Shown here: positions 50,821-63,039 of the stretch, in pieces
Numbering within the stretch: position 1 is the stretch's first letter
Layout: every line of letters begins with the position of its first letter
Assembly (NCBI GenBank): GCA_976551045.1
Contig: CDPCPM010000323.1
Location: 4,092,001-4,156,000, forward strand
From: Glaucostegus cemiculus
Lineage: Eukaryota
Reading direction: 5' to 3'
Length of the DNA: 64,000 nt
Translations under genes and position numbers: made by a program
The notes under the pieces: generated by a model
The model's database searches: none
What the model was told of the DNA's origin: nothing
What the model saw: only the letters and a program-made list of their open reading frames with translations

Positions 50821-52759
50821 TATTCACTTGGCTAATGGTGCTGAATATCCAATGTACAGAGAGAAATCATTAAATTAAGCTTAGTTGATTAAATCAGAAA
50901 CTAGGACATGCAGAATGGTACTATGATCTTCCATAGTGTTAAGTTGATATCCTCTGAATTTTGGAAAACCTGCTCTACGCTGTGCTGCATTCACATTATT
51001 CCCTGTATCTCACATGATGTAAGGATATTATTAATTACTATATTCCCTCATTCATGTTATTTGTTGTATTTGTCCATTACTGCCCATCCTGAAATTCTGG
51101 CACCACCATACAATCTGGATTTCCCTGAGCCTGATCCATTATGTGATCAAGTCATCTTTCTTAAGTGTAAATTCTACCACCTTCTCACAGTGATTTTTCT
51201 GATCAAGCTTCTTCGGTCATGGCCCATCTACTAGACATCCAAAAAGACCACCAAGAATTAATACATTGCTCTTAATGCATCAGAAAGTCATTTAATAAGT
51301 TGTGGATTATTTTCTATCACATATCTCTTCATGTACAATAAGACGTTGGCTGATTTTTGTGGTGCCTTGTCTTCTGTGTGCCACCTCAATTAGCCACTAG
51401 TTAATGTAAAGAGTGGCAAGTGTTGATGCTGGATTGTTTGACTGGCCATTGATACCTTCGTCTGACAGGGAAATAAAGTTTGGTCAAAGTGAAATTTGTT
51501 GTGAACATCCAACTTATGAAAACATTCCAGGAATTGGTAATTCTGGGTAAAAATCCCCTTCTGTTACTTGTTGGTGCAATGTGGGAGCAAACATCTGGGC
51601 AAAGCACACACACTCCATGTTTTCACTATCTTAACTTTGATCCACGTAAAACTGTAGGTTGGGAGTGTATATTTGAACAGTCTGGGCTCCTATTGTGAGT
51701 CAATAATAGAATTCTCCCCCTCTGCCTTCAACTGATTAACTATCCTGTTCCTGTATATGGATAGACAATGCTTTGATGTTAAAGTATCTTCTTTCTTCTT
51801 TACATCTACTTACTCCACTATGATAATGCACACATTTCCAAAAGAAACCTTTAAAAGAGAATAAAGTTTTCAGGATTACTTTCATTTAAATCCTAATACT
51901 GAGCTACATCCTTAAAAATAACCATCCATTAAAACCAGGAATTCATATGTCCTTTCTTGTCCTGATTTTTCTTATAATTCTTCACTTTATACCTTGGCTG
52001 CCACAGATGTAAAGAACACCTTTGGCTCCATGCCAGTGCCTATTCTGTAACTCTTGTGTGGAGAATCCACTCTGCAGCTTCGTTGGTCTAAACCCCTTGT
52101 TCCCATTCAGACAGAGACTTCTGCTTCTGGGCAACATTATCTGCACCCATTGCAGAAATTTAGTATTTACCACGTTAGAACTGTTAGGTCCCTTTGGACT
52201 AAGTTTTGGGATCAGCATGACAAATAGTACTGAGTTTGGACCTTATCATAGTAAAGACAACACTGTAGAATGAAAGCATGCAGGTAAGTAGACAAGGACA
52301 ATTGTGAGGAATGGGGGTAACTGGTTGTCAACAGAAGCTTCAGTCAGGACTTAGGAGAAGTCAAAGGATAAAGTTCAAGGGGTTGGGGGACTGGAGTTCA
52401 GGACTTGTGTATCAAAGAGGGAACAGGAAACCCAGTTTAGGTGGGTGGAAGAAACTCAGTTTCAACAGGATGTCAGATGTTCATTGGAAGAGGACCCAGC
52501 TATGTTTAGAGTGGTGAGCAGCTTTTTTTTGAAGTAATGCATTGGTTAGGATTGTTTATCATTGTGGCAAATCAATATTGCAACATGAAACAGATCTGGG
52601 TCCCTTATTCACTTAGATCTTGTGGAAATAAACTCACTCATTATATCTATGGAGTAGCTCCGTGGAGGTCATAATAAAACGTATAATTTCCTTCCATTGC
52701 AAGGTTATTTTCTTTGTTAGGGGTAACATTTTATTACTCTTGGTGGTTTCTTATGGCCA

Positions 52760-53700
52760 AGTTCCAAAGAGATTTGTGATGTCCTTAGGCTCCTGTTGTT
52801 ATGGGTTATAATATATTCAATAAGTGTAACGTCATTTGCAAGAGATTTGATCATGTTGTACATCATGTGTGCATGTATGCAGCCTAAGAAGAACCTGAAA
52901 TAGACCATTTTGTTTCCTTCATGATACTCCATACATTATTCACCTTACTGTAATAAGACTCAATAAAGTTTACGGGCATCAAGCAGACAGCGAGGATCAG
53001 AAAGGAAGTTTCCTGAAGTTGTAAAGTCATTGAAAGCATCGAGGGGCTGTACACTCACATTTGTTGGGTGAGTCTAAGTAATTTCAAGGTGAAATTCAGA
53101 AGCTATAGACTCAAGTGCATACTCAAGCATGGAAGAAGTAAAGGCTTGTAGCTGGGATTGTCAAGTCAGGATGCTCAGTTGTTAAAGCAGAGCTGCCGAA
53201 GAAGTTAGCAGACTGTAAAAATAACTCTTCCAGTAAACTTGCACTCTGTGATAAAGTGTGAGAGCCCTTTATCAGGATAAGCAATATAATCAAAATTGAG
53301 GTCAAAAGAGAAATGGTACCTACCTGATAGAGACAAGCATCTGGAAGAGCTAGCCAGCAAGTCCACACTATTCCAAAACTGTTGATCACAGTCACTAACA
53401 GCATGACTCCCAGTGTGGAAAGGAATATGGAAGCAAAGCAGTTGAAACGGAACAATTATCATGACGAATGTTCCAACCTTAGAAAGTTCAGATTACATAA
53501 TAAGATTCACATGCGGAGAACTCCAGGCAGTTTAGGGATGAAAAGTTAGCATGTTGGAGAGGTTGTGGAGATATACATTTCCAAGTGTTAGTTCATGAAG
53601 TTGGTGAGAGATTTAAAAAAGTTCACATGATCACTCCATCTCATTGCAAGATAATCAAGAAAGTACTGAGGAAGATATTGTTTAAGAGTCTTCCAGAAGA
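52760..53700 (+). pseudogene. Gypsy integrase relic
   Basis: SFARD...CACMQ (zinc-finger end), VIESIEGLYTH, and VERNMEAKQLKRNNYHDECSNLRKFRLHNKIHMR...KS*HVGEVVE (cf. QKxYHD...RxFxxGDxVxVR...KWxxGxV). Confidence 0.55.
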
Positions 53701-54779
53701 GATTCTTACTTTGGTTGAGGAAGATTTGACATAAATAGAATAAAGAAGTCTCCTTTAACAAGTCCTGAAGTGGATGCAACACCAACAAGGTCAACACAAG
53801 CAGCAATGACACAGCAACAGAAGTCAAAAAGAATCTCAAATAACCTTACAGAATGCTCTGTGTTTCCTGTGTATTGCGTCCCACTGTCTGCATGGTACTG
53901 ACTGGGAACCCACAAAGGGTATAGACGGTGGGGGCCATTTGCTATGTCTGATGAATTGCTAAGCAGCCCACATTGTGATAAATATATCTCCAATGATCCT
54001 TCATTTGAAATGATGATACCTTATAATGCTTAGCTGACTCAGAATCCTGATTGAGGTGGCTTCAGGAAAATTAGCTTTAAATATGAATTTACATGAAGTT
54101 TGACAAGCTGCCACATTGTGTTCCTTTAATCCTAATTCTAACCACTGTGTCTATGTACCCTTTCAAACTTTCAAGAATGTGTATAAGGAATGATGCTAAA
54201 ACAAGTAGTGATTGTTAACTTGACTGCATTATACTTCATTTACTTTTTCTTTCCATTTTTCTTTATTTCTCTTCCTTTCTTCTTCCCTTCCACTCTTTCT
54301 CTTTCTTTCTTTTTCTTTGCAACTTAATCACTGATAACGCCTTTCAAATTATCCATGCCCGTTCTCTTTCTCAATTCCATATGATTGTCTCTACACTTAT
54401 TTCTATTAATTGGAGGTTCCACCAATTCGTACATTCTGGAATCACTATGTACTTTGCCAAATCAAGCCATGTTGGACAGTGTGATTTATACCTGCAACCA
54501 TATAACATTAGTTTGGATTGATCATCTTGAAGCTTATTTGTTGTCCTCTCCTAGGAGAGTGATTGAAAAGTGTTTGGGTGCATTCAGTCCATCCATGCTG
54601 CCTTCAATACCACATGTATAAAAGACTCTCTGTTACCCTATTAGGATAAATTATATCACAAACTTTTTAAAGTCTCCCATTTTTCCACATTATGTAATTT
54701 AAAAGCTTTAATGACAGGGGGATTGGCAGCCAAAAAGCCAGCAGGAGTGAGAAATCAAAAAAGCAACAGACAGTATATA

Positions 54780-55070
54780 TGTTACTGAGAGAGTGCTGTA
54801 CTCTCCGGGGGGGGGGAGGGCGGACTTTAGGAGCAGACATTTCACCAGGGACCTGTCATCTCTCTCCGGTAGATGTTAAAGATCCCATGTCATTGTTCGA
54901 AGAACAGCAGCATTCTCCACTTTGATATTTCCCTCAACCAACATTGCTTAAAAAGCAGATTACCAAATCATCATTACATTGCTGTTCATAGGGCCTTGCT
55001 CTGTACAAATTGACTATTATTTTTCCTACATTACTATACTTCAGAAGTACTTATTGCTACTGAAGTATTT
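54780..55070 (+). mobile_element. Deu-domain SINE
   Basis: tactgagagagtgctgtact...gtagatgttaaagatcccatgtcattgttcgaagaacagcag...ccctcaaccaacatt...ttacattgctgtt...ttcctacattac...cttcagaagtactt. Confidence 0.7.
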
Positions 55071-56039
55071 TCTTTGTATCCTTTTAAAAAAATTTATAAG
55101 AAATAAAGACATAGATATATTGTGCCCTTGCTATAATATGTAAAATGATTACATATGTTTACAGTTTAATATGGAAGGGATGAGATGTTTCATTCTTTTT
55201 TTCCTTATTCTAATAACAAATGTTAAATACTGAAGGAAATGTTTCAAAATGGAAGACAAGACAATCAAGGGAGAATGAGGGATACCCAAGGAAAAATGTC
55301 ATGGAGTGAAATAGAGTAGGTAAGTGCACATGATCAATTTAAGGATGGTTATGGAAATGATTGCACACATTTAGAATAATATGTTTTGCAAGTCAGCTAT
55401 ACTCAAACTCAGCTGCTATTAAGCTAATCTAATTGACATGTTTATAATACAAGGCTGATTTTTTTTTTCTTTTGTGCAAATGAAAAGCTACCATTACTTA
55501 ACAATGCAGCTGTGCTGAGACTTTAGCAGTCAACTATCTAACTTTTCACTTTCAGTGAGCCTAAAGCTGTAACTGACTTCTGAAGTGAGGTCCTCAGTTG
55601 GTTTTGTAGAGAAGATGGATGTGACCTCTGGGTGGAGATGATCTCATTCTATATTCTATGAATGCCAAATCTGCTTTCAAAAGTGGCTGGGGGTGGTGTG
55701 GTGACGGTAGTGTGTGGGCATCTGCAAAGCATTTATAACTTCTCTTTATCTTCTGTCTTAAGTTGTTAAATCATTTCTAGGTGAAAAACAAGAAGACTGT
55801 GATAATAATTCACAAAAAGTAAAATAAGTTAGTATTAGTCATGATTGAGCTCTTCTGTATCACAAGAGAAACAGGAGTAAAACAAGAATTTAAACTGGTA
55901 GAGACATACAACTGTCGAGTTCATTGATGTAATTGAAGTGATGGTCCAATGGTTAGGAATTTGAATGTAATGGTCAGAAAGCAGAATGAAAAGGTGAGAG
56001 AAGCATAAAATAGATGACAGAAACATGATTATCAAAAGC

Positions 56040-56570
56040 AAAAAAAACCCTGCAAATGTTGTATATCTGAAATAAAAACAGGAAATGAGTTGCAACCTTT
56101 GAGATTCAATAGTGCATTCAACAATTTTAGATGTCCATCTTTTCCTGATTCTGTCAGAGCTGGTCACCAACCTGTCACATGATCTCAGTTTATCTCTTTC
56201 TGTAAATGCTACCTGACCTGTTGACTATTTCCAACATTCCCTTTCATTTCAGATTCCCATTACCTGTTATGATCTGCATTGTTTGTCTATTTTTTTCCTC
56301 CTGCCGCCTCACTCATGACCCTTTATTTCTATCCCTACCAGACAGATTAGCTATGATTAACTAGTTTTCACCACCCTCTTTCAGACAAAACCAACACCTT
56401 TTGTGCATCTAGATTTTGATCTCCATCTCTCCTCCTTCTTTGCAACTCAAAACTTGTTTCCTTCCTCATTCTTCCAGTTCATTTGAAGGGTCATTGACCT
56501 GAAACATTAACTCTGTTTCTATCTCCATAATGCTACCTGAACTGAGGAATACCTCCAGCATTTTCTGTTG
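56040..56570 (+). mobile_element. Penelope-like locus: inverted arm plus tandem pair of hammerhead-tail units
   Basis: Inverted arm 56040-56090. Unit 1: degenerate core at 56151, tail aatgctacctga at 56205. Unit 2: cagttcatttgaagggtcattgacctgaaacattaact (56475-56512), tail aatgctacctga at 56529. Confidence 0.7.
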
Positions 56571-57494
56571 AAGCAACCCATGGAGTGTGTACTTCTTCAC
56601 TGTGGAAATGGACATACAAGATCATACATTGGTTCTAAAATGTTCTGCCTAATTGTTCAGATATGAAAATATCAACAGAGCTAAACAATAATTTTGTTAT
56701 TATTATTATTAAATATTAATAATAGACTCGCTCTCTTTTCCGAACATATTGCAGTATGTGAATTAATATAGAATATTTCTGATCTCTTTCATTGGGAATG
56801 CGACAATGAGCCATGGATGAAGCCAATACTGAATATGTCAGAACTCTGGTCTCATGCCAGAATTATTACGGTTTTGTAAGGGTCAAAGTTCTTCTCATCC
56901 CAATTAGTCCTTTGTTTCTGTTTATTCAATGTCAGTTTGTGGATGTTACCAGGAAAGTTGGCATTTAACACCCAGCTTCAATTGCACTGAAAAAGGAGAT
57001 AACACTCCTTGGTGATATGGATATAAGCCACTGGCATTTAAATTAAAGGGTCATCCTCTGTCCCTGGAACCCTTGAAGGGGTTCTGCCTGATGTTTTGAT
57101 AAGCCATTTTTACCAGTATTCGACTAGTCCTGTACTTCTTTTTAAATACTATAAAACACAAAATAATTCCAATGAATAATTTTCATACTGAGAACAACTT
57201 TGAGGAATTTATGAACAATTTTTTCAAAAAAATCAAAGAAAAAGAAACTGATGAATCTACAGGCTTTATCTAATTCTTGCCTAATTTTATCTTTGCTGGT
57301 TAAAGACTACAGTTAATAGGGAAATAATTAAGTTCTCATAAACTTGCAATGCAAATGTTTTCAAAAAAATTTTTGCTCAACGCCCCAGGATAAATACTGT
57401 TTCACTTTACTAATGATAACATAAGAACTTTCCCAAGATCCATCTCATTGACTATGAACATAAATCTCTTTGCAAATGGTGGAAGATCAAAAGG

Positions 57495-57853
57495 GATATG
57501 ACAGTGTTGCAGCTGGCAGTGTCATTGCCTCACAGCACCAAAGACTGGGGTTCAATCCTGACATTGGGTGCTGCTGTGTGGAGTTTATGCATTCTTGCTG
57601 TGATCACATGGGTTTCCTCCAGGTGCTCAGATTTCTTCCCACGTTCAGAAGATATGTGAGTTGGTAGGTTAATTGGTCGCTGTAAATTGTCTCTGGTATA
57701 TAGGTGAATGGTAAAACTTGAGTTCATGGCTATGTGTACAGAATAAAACAAAAGGATTAACATAGGAGTAGTGTGAATAGGCAGTTGATGTGGGTGTGGA
57801 CTCAATGGGTCAAAAGCCATTTTCCATGCTCTATATCTGTATGATTCTATGAT
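57495..57853 (+). mobile_element. Older long V-SINE (HE1-like) with CR1-type microsatellite tail
   Basis: gggttcaatcctgac (B box), tgggtttcctccaggtgctcagatttcttcccac (V-domain), tail ctatatctgtatgattctatgat. Confidence 0.85.
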
Positions 57854-60627
57854 CAAATGTTAGATCAATATAGTTTGCCTTTTATGATCCTGGTGTTTAA
57901 ATGCTACAGCAAAAATAAAGTTATTATTTAATTATTTCCATCAATTGATACACAACAGACCTAAATTTGGAAGCAAAATTGGGGAATCAACCCATCTCCA
58001 CCCACAACGAGTAAGAAAGGCTTGGGAAGGGTAGGGTTGGATTGGGAAAGATGTGAAATTTGACCTCAATTCACAGCACAAACCAATTATATCTATAGTT
58101 CTATCTCTCTTACCCACTTCTGTGATCTCCATCCTCTGAACTGCTCTGTCCCCAGTAGTCATTATCTTCCTTTTCCTACAACCTTGCTCGGCCTTTTCTC
58201 CACCTTGGGTCAAGCACCACCTCTCACTTCCTCTCCATTGAGCACAATACTTGAACCCTTCCTCAGCTTTGGGTTCCCACCCGCTATTTTGGCCCACAGG
58301 TTTTCCCACCTAACAGTCAGTTTTGATTTGAATTTTGACCAGCTGCTTGACAGTAAGGTCATGAAATCTATTTAGATTCTGTCATTAAATTCAGAAGCCA
58401 GGCCTTCCTGGTGTTTGAGGTATCCCTGACTATGATATTCTGCTCCACAACCATCTCCTAATAAATATCATGGGCAGAGGCTCCATAATTACTTGCTGTT
58501 CCCACATATGCCCCCTGTTCTACCATCCCCAGTAAGATGTGCCACAGGGTATTTTATATGCAAATTGTTGCAAATTTTAGTCAATTGTTATTCTAAAATT
58601 CAAAAATTCAACATGATTTGAGATATTAGCTTGCTTATTTTCTTACTTTGAGAAGGGGTATTTTAGTACAAATTTAGAGCAGTGGTAGATGAAGTCGACA
58701 TTGATACTTGCTATTGATAGTAATAACTGTGCCCCAGGGACTATCATCTTGCTTGGGGCTGAAGCACAGCAAATAGAAATTCATTCTCAGTCGCATGTGG
58801 ACCTGAATTTCAGGAGCAGACTTCAATTCAGATCCATCACCCTACTGCACATTTAGAAAAAGCAGTCAAGAACCAATATCTACACTGTAGTTTTACCACT
58901 TCCTCACAGAATCATTGCTCAGCAAGATATGTGTGTGTAGACAATTTGTACTTACATAGTGCCATACACAATCTGAGGATATCACACATCACTTTGCAAC
59001 CAATGTCCCCAAGCAGCAATACGTGACCAGATAAACTGTTTTAGATAGTGGGGCGCACTAAACTTCTTCTTTATGAGCAGTATCACTGATTCTAGTGGCA
59101 AGTTGTAAAATTAACCCTTGTAAATTCACCATTTAACCTTTTCCACGACAGAAGGCATTACAGGATTGATTAGCTTAAATCAGTGATGGATTACACAGTG
59201 AACATAATATTAAAACACTGATACTTTTTTACATTAGGAATACAAAAACATTCTATGCATGTCCATATTTTTAAATATAATGTACATATAGTTGTGAAAA
59301 CCAAATTAAAGTCACTCAAGGTGTTAATGGAGCTGATACATTATAAATGTTATCACCCTGCTGGGTAGATCTTAACAAATGCATCCTCTGAACAATTTTA
59401 TTGAGATTAGCATTGCACTGATTAAACAAGTATAATCGATTTAAAAATTGTACTCAGCAGGAAATTAATCACCTAATTGTCTTGTCAACACGCCACCTGG
59501 TATGGGCACCGTACAGGAGTGTACACAGGCTGGATACAGTTGTTCAAATCCTATTCTGCGTATGACTTCTGGCAATCTTTCAATCATGAATCAAGCCAGT
59601 GAAGTACATGTTAGGGTAATAGTTCAGTAGCTGGGCAACTGACAGGAAATAGGATTGAGCAAACTGAACCAATCATCATACATTACTCAGCAATACTCCA
59701 AATGCGCATTTAACTAGGAAACTATCATTTATTTCTTGTGCTGTTAATGTATTACTTTGTCTAAGGCTAACCAAATTCAGTTGCTTAATATTCCCTAATA
59801 TTTAATATTTATATTTCCTCCATATGGTGTTCATCATGAATTTATTTTATAATCCTGTGATTTATCCCTGTCTGAAGAAGGCACTCTTATAACATTCTCC
59901 CACAATTTCTACTGACCCTCTGGGCTGAACTAAACACCTTAATTCTTCTCCATCAAATGCAATTTTACGGTCCTACTTTTTTGGACCTATGTCTCTTTGG
60001 CCTGAAAACTCCCTCTATTCTTGAATCCCATATTCTCACTTAATTAATCATGCTTCTTCATTAGTGAGTTAGGTTGGAACATTGTTCGTACATGGTTAGT
60101 AATATCAGCATGTTACCTCGACTTACTTTAAACCAGGATGCAAGTGGATGTGTATCATTGTTTAATTAGTGCCTCTGGCTTACATTTAATCAGATAAAAA
60201 AATTAACACATAATTCCCTTGATGTGTTAATTCCAAATTTTGGCCTAATTCATGCAGAATCCAAAATGAGGAAATGCTTAATTCCCTTTAGTTAATATGG
60301 CTTGAAAATTAGCATCCCTTCTTATCTAACATATCTGGCCAATCTTGAAGGTGAGAATGGAATAATTGTCTTCATTAAAGCCTCCTCAATCAAAGTAGAC
60401 AAGGCCTACACTAGGAAGGTTCTTATAACCTTTAAAAATTGCTGATGTTTGATTTACCTGAATAAATGGCAGTTCAATATTTACACATATTCATAAGTTA
60501 ACACTGAAGCATATGCATATTTTTATCAGAAGGAATAAAACCTTATGCCATTCTTTTCCCACTCCACCCCTATGCAATCATCCTGCCTCAGTTGACTCAG
60601 TACTCCCACATAATAAAATCAGGAAGT

Positions 60628-60781
60628 GCAGGTCAGGCAGCATCTGTGGAAACAGAAACAGAGTTAATGTTTCAGGTTGATGACCCTCCTTCATCAGAAC
60701 TTGCAATGGGTCTTCAGATTAATACATTAACTCTTTCTTTTTCCAAGGATGATGCTGTGACCTGCTAAGTGTTTCCTGCAG
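60628..60781. mobile_element. Penelope-like fold-back insertion with hammerhead core
   Basis: Minus 60662-60701 reads AGUU-CUGAUGA-AGGAGGGUCAUCAACCU-GAAAC-AUU-AACU; right arm cattaactctttc...gatgctgtgacctgctaagtgtttcctgca. Confidence 0.75.
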
Positions 60782-60789
60782 AGAAAGAA

Positions 60790-61335
60790 GTCTTTCTTAA
60801 AATCGTATGAGGTTTTGTGACCATATTGAGAATACCGTGGCAGTTTTGCTCTTCATATTGAAGAAGGGATATATGTAACTTGGAGGTGGTGCCACCCGGA
60901 TTCACAGAAATTTCTGGGATGAAGGATTTTCCAGTGAAAAGAGTTTATCCAGAACAGGACTGTACTGACTGGTGAAATGAGATGTGAACTCACTGAAGCA
61001 TAAACAATGCTGAAAGCGAATGACCCAATGGTCCTGAGAAACTGCTTCCTCTGTCAGGAGAGTATAGAACTAGGGGCCATTCAGATCTGAGATGAGAAAA
61101 ACACTTCTTTTTCTGAGGGGTTTGAGTATCTTTGTACTTCTGCATCCATGACAGCAATGAAATCTCACCAGAGAAGTATACAGATAGCTAAGATTAATCG
61201 GGTTTTGCATGCCAAAGTAGTCAGCCAATATGATCATCAGGGAGGAAAGTGGACAAGATGAAGGATCACCCACGCTGTCGAAATGCAGAGCAGACTTTAG
61301 GTCTGGTGCCTGCTACCTTTTGTATATTTTTGTTC
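60790..61335 (+). mobile_element. Old CR1 LINE 3' portion
   Basis: gtgaccatattgagaataccgtggcagttttgctcttcatattgaagaagggatata...ggagagtatagaactaggggcc...gagatgagaaaaacacttcttt. Confidence 0.75.
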
Positions 61336-61949
61336 ATCTACATGGTGATCACAATTAAATAGAGGAAGATAATGCTCAATGGACATCCACAATTTCAATT
61401 CTAGTGAAAACCAAAATTTGATGCTAAACTATATGGCAGAACCATTTGTAACCATCTTCAGCTGGAAATGCCAAATGTTTTCTTTTTATTTCTCTCTTTC
61501 AAGTTCCTATTTACACGGTAACCAGTTACCACCAAATTCATTTCACTGCGAGTGATCAAGAAATACCTAACAAGCCAGACAGGGCAAAGGCAATGAGCCC
61601 AACAGCCTTCTTTCTATGTTGTTGACTACCTGAATTCCAGAACAAAGTGCATCTCAAATCAAAGACTTCAAGTGCAATTACAACTACACAATGAATTAGA
61701 AAATTGAACAGGTATAGTAAAGATCCTCCAGTCTAATAATCTGTTATCCTAAAAGATTCAAATGATAAACAATGTCATCAGAAGTTGCAAAGTAATGAGT
61801 TTTGTGATGGATGTGGTTAGAGTTTGCAGAAACTTAAGTCCCTCCATGATATCAATTGCATAGAAGTGGATGGTGAGAGACAAATATATTAAAGTACTTG
61901 CAACTTTCTCCTGAGTGTTGGATTCAACAGTTTTAATTAGTTTTTGACA

Positions 61950-62350
61950 TGTATAGTGTTTTAATACACCTCCAGTGGCAGCACAAGGAATGGCCACTTA
62001 CTAGCTTATTGGTTCGTCCATCAGGTGAGTATGTGGTTTTTCTATTGGTTGGTTTGGCCACAAGTGTCTAATAGGTTTCCTGATTGGACTATTGTTAGCT
62101 AACGAGCATCTCTTATCTCAGGTATAAAAGGTATTGTTTTTTGTTAATCTCTCTTGCTCTTGCTCTTCTCCCCTGGCCTGAGCTTCATCTTTTGTTCCCT
62201 TTGCCTCGGCTCATCAAAGCTAGTGTCATGTGCTCTGTGACTGTTCCTTTGTTTTAAACTTTTCCAGTAAAACTTTGAAGCACCAAGTTGTTTTCAACTC
62301 ATTCCTGGACTCCTGAAAGAACCTGTGGATTCGAAAATAACCAGATCCGA
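61950..62350 (+). mobile_element. Probable solo LTR with promoter signals
   Basis: Three attgg (CCAAT) boxes, tataaaa at ~62123, a CT-rich tract, an agtaaa polyA-like signal, and an end at ...gatccgaca abutting CR1. 5' boundary uncertain. Confidence 0.45.
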
Positions 62351-63006
62351 CAGGGCCCACGTCCATCGATCCCTCAAAGTTGCTACTCAAGTTAATAGGG
62401 TTGTTAAGAAGGCATATGACATATTGGCCTTCATTAGTTGGGGAAATGAGTTCAAGAGCCACGATGTAATATTGCAGCTCTATAAAACCCTGGTTCAACC
62501 ATACTTAGAATATTGTATTCAGTTCTGGTCACCATATAATAGGAAAGATGCAAAAGCTTTAGAAAGAGTGCATAGGATATTGGCGAGGATGCTGCCTGGA
62601 TTGGAGAGCATGACTTCTGACAATAGGTTGAACAAGCTAGGGCTTTTCTTTTTGGAGCAAAGGAGGATGGGAAGTGACCTGATGAAGGTGTACAAGATGA
62701 TAAGAGGAATAGATCAAGTGGACAGTCAGACATGAGGGGGCATAATTTTAAGGTGATTGGAGGAACGGACAAAAGGACATCAGAGGTAAATTTTTTACTC
62801 ATAGAGTGGTGGGTGTGTGGAACGTGCTGCCAGGGGTACTGGTAGAGGCAGATGTATTAGGGACATTTAAGAGACTCATGGATAGGCACATGGATGATAG
62901 AAAAATGGAGGGGTATGTGGGAGGAAATGGTTAGATTGATCTTAGAGTCAGCTGAAAGGTCAACACAACATCATGGGCCCACTGTACTGTACTGTTCTGT
63001 GTTCTA
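62351..63006 (+). mobile_element. CR1 LINE, 5'-truncated
   Basis: ORF 62325-62735 HVHRSLKVATQVNRVVKKAY...LQLYKTLVQPYLEYCIQFWSP...LERV..RMLPGL; tail ctgtactgttctgtgttctat. Confidence 0.93.
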
Positions 63007-63039
63007 TCTGCACCCATGTTATCATTCTATCAGTAATCC

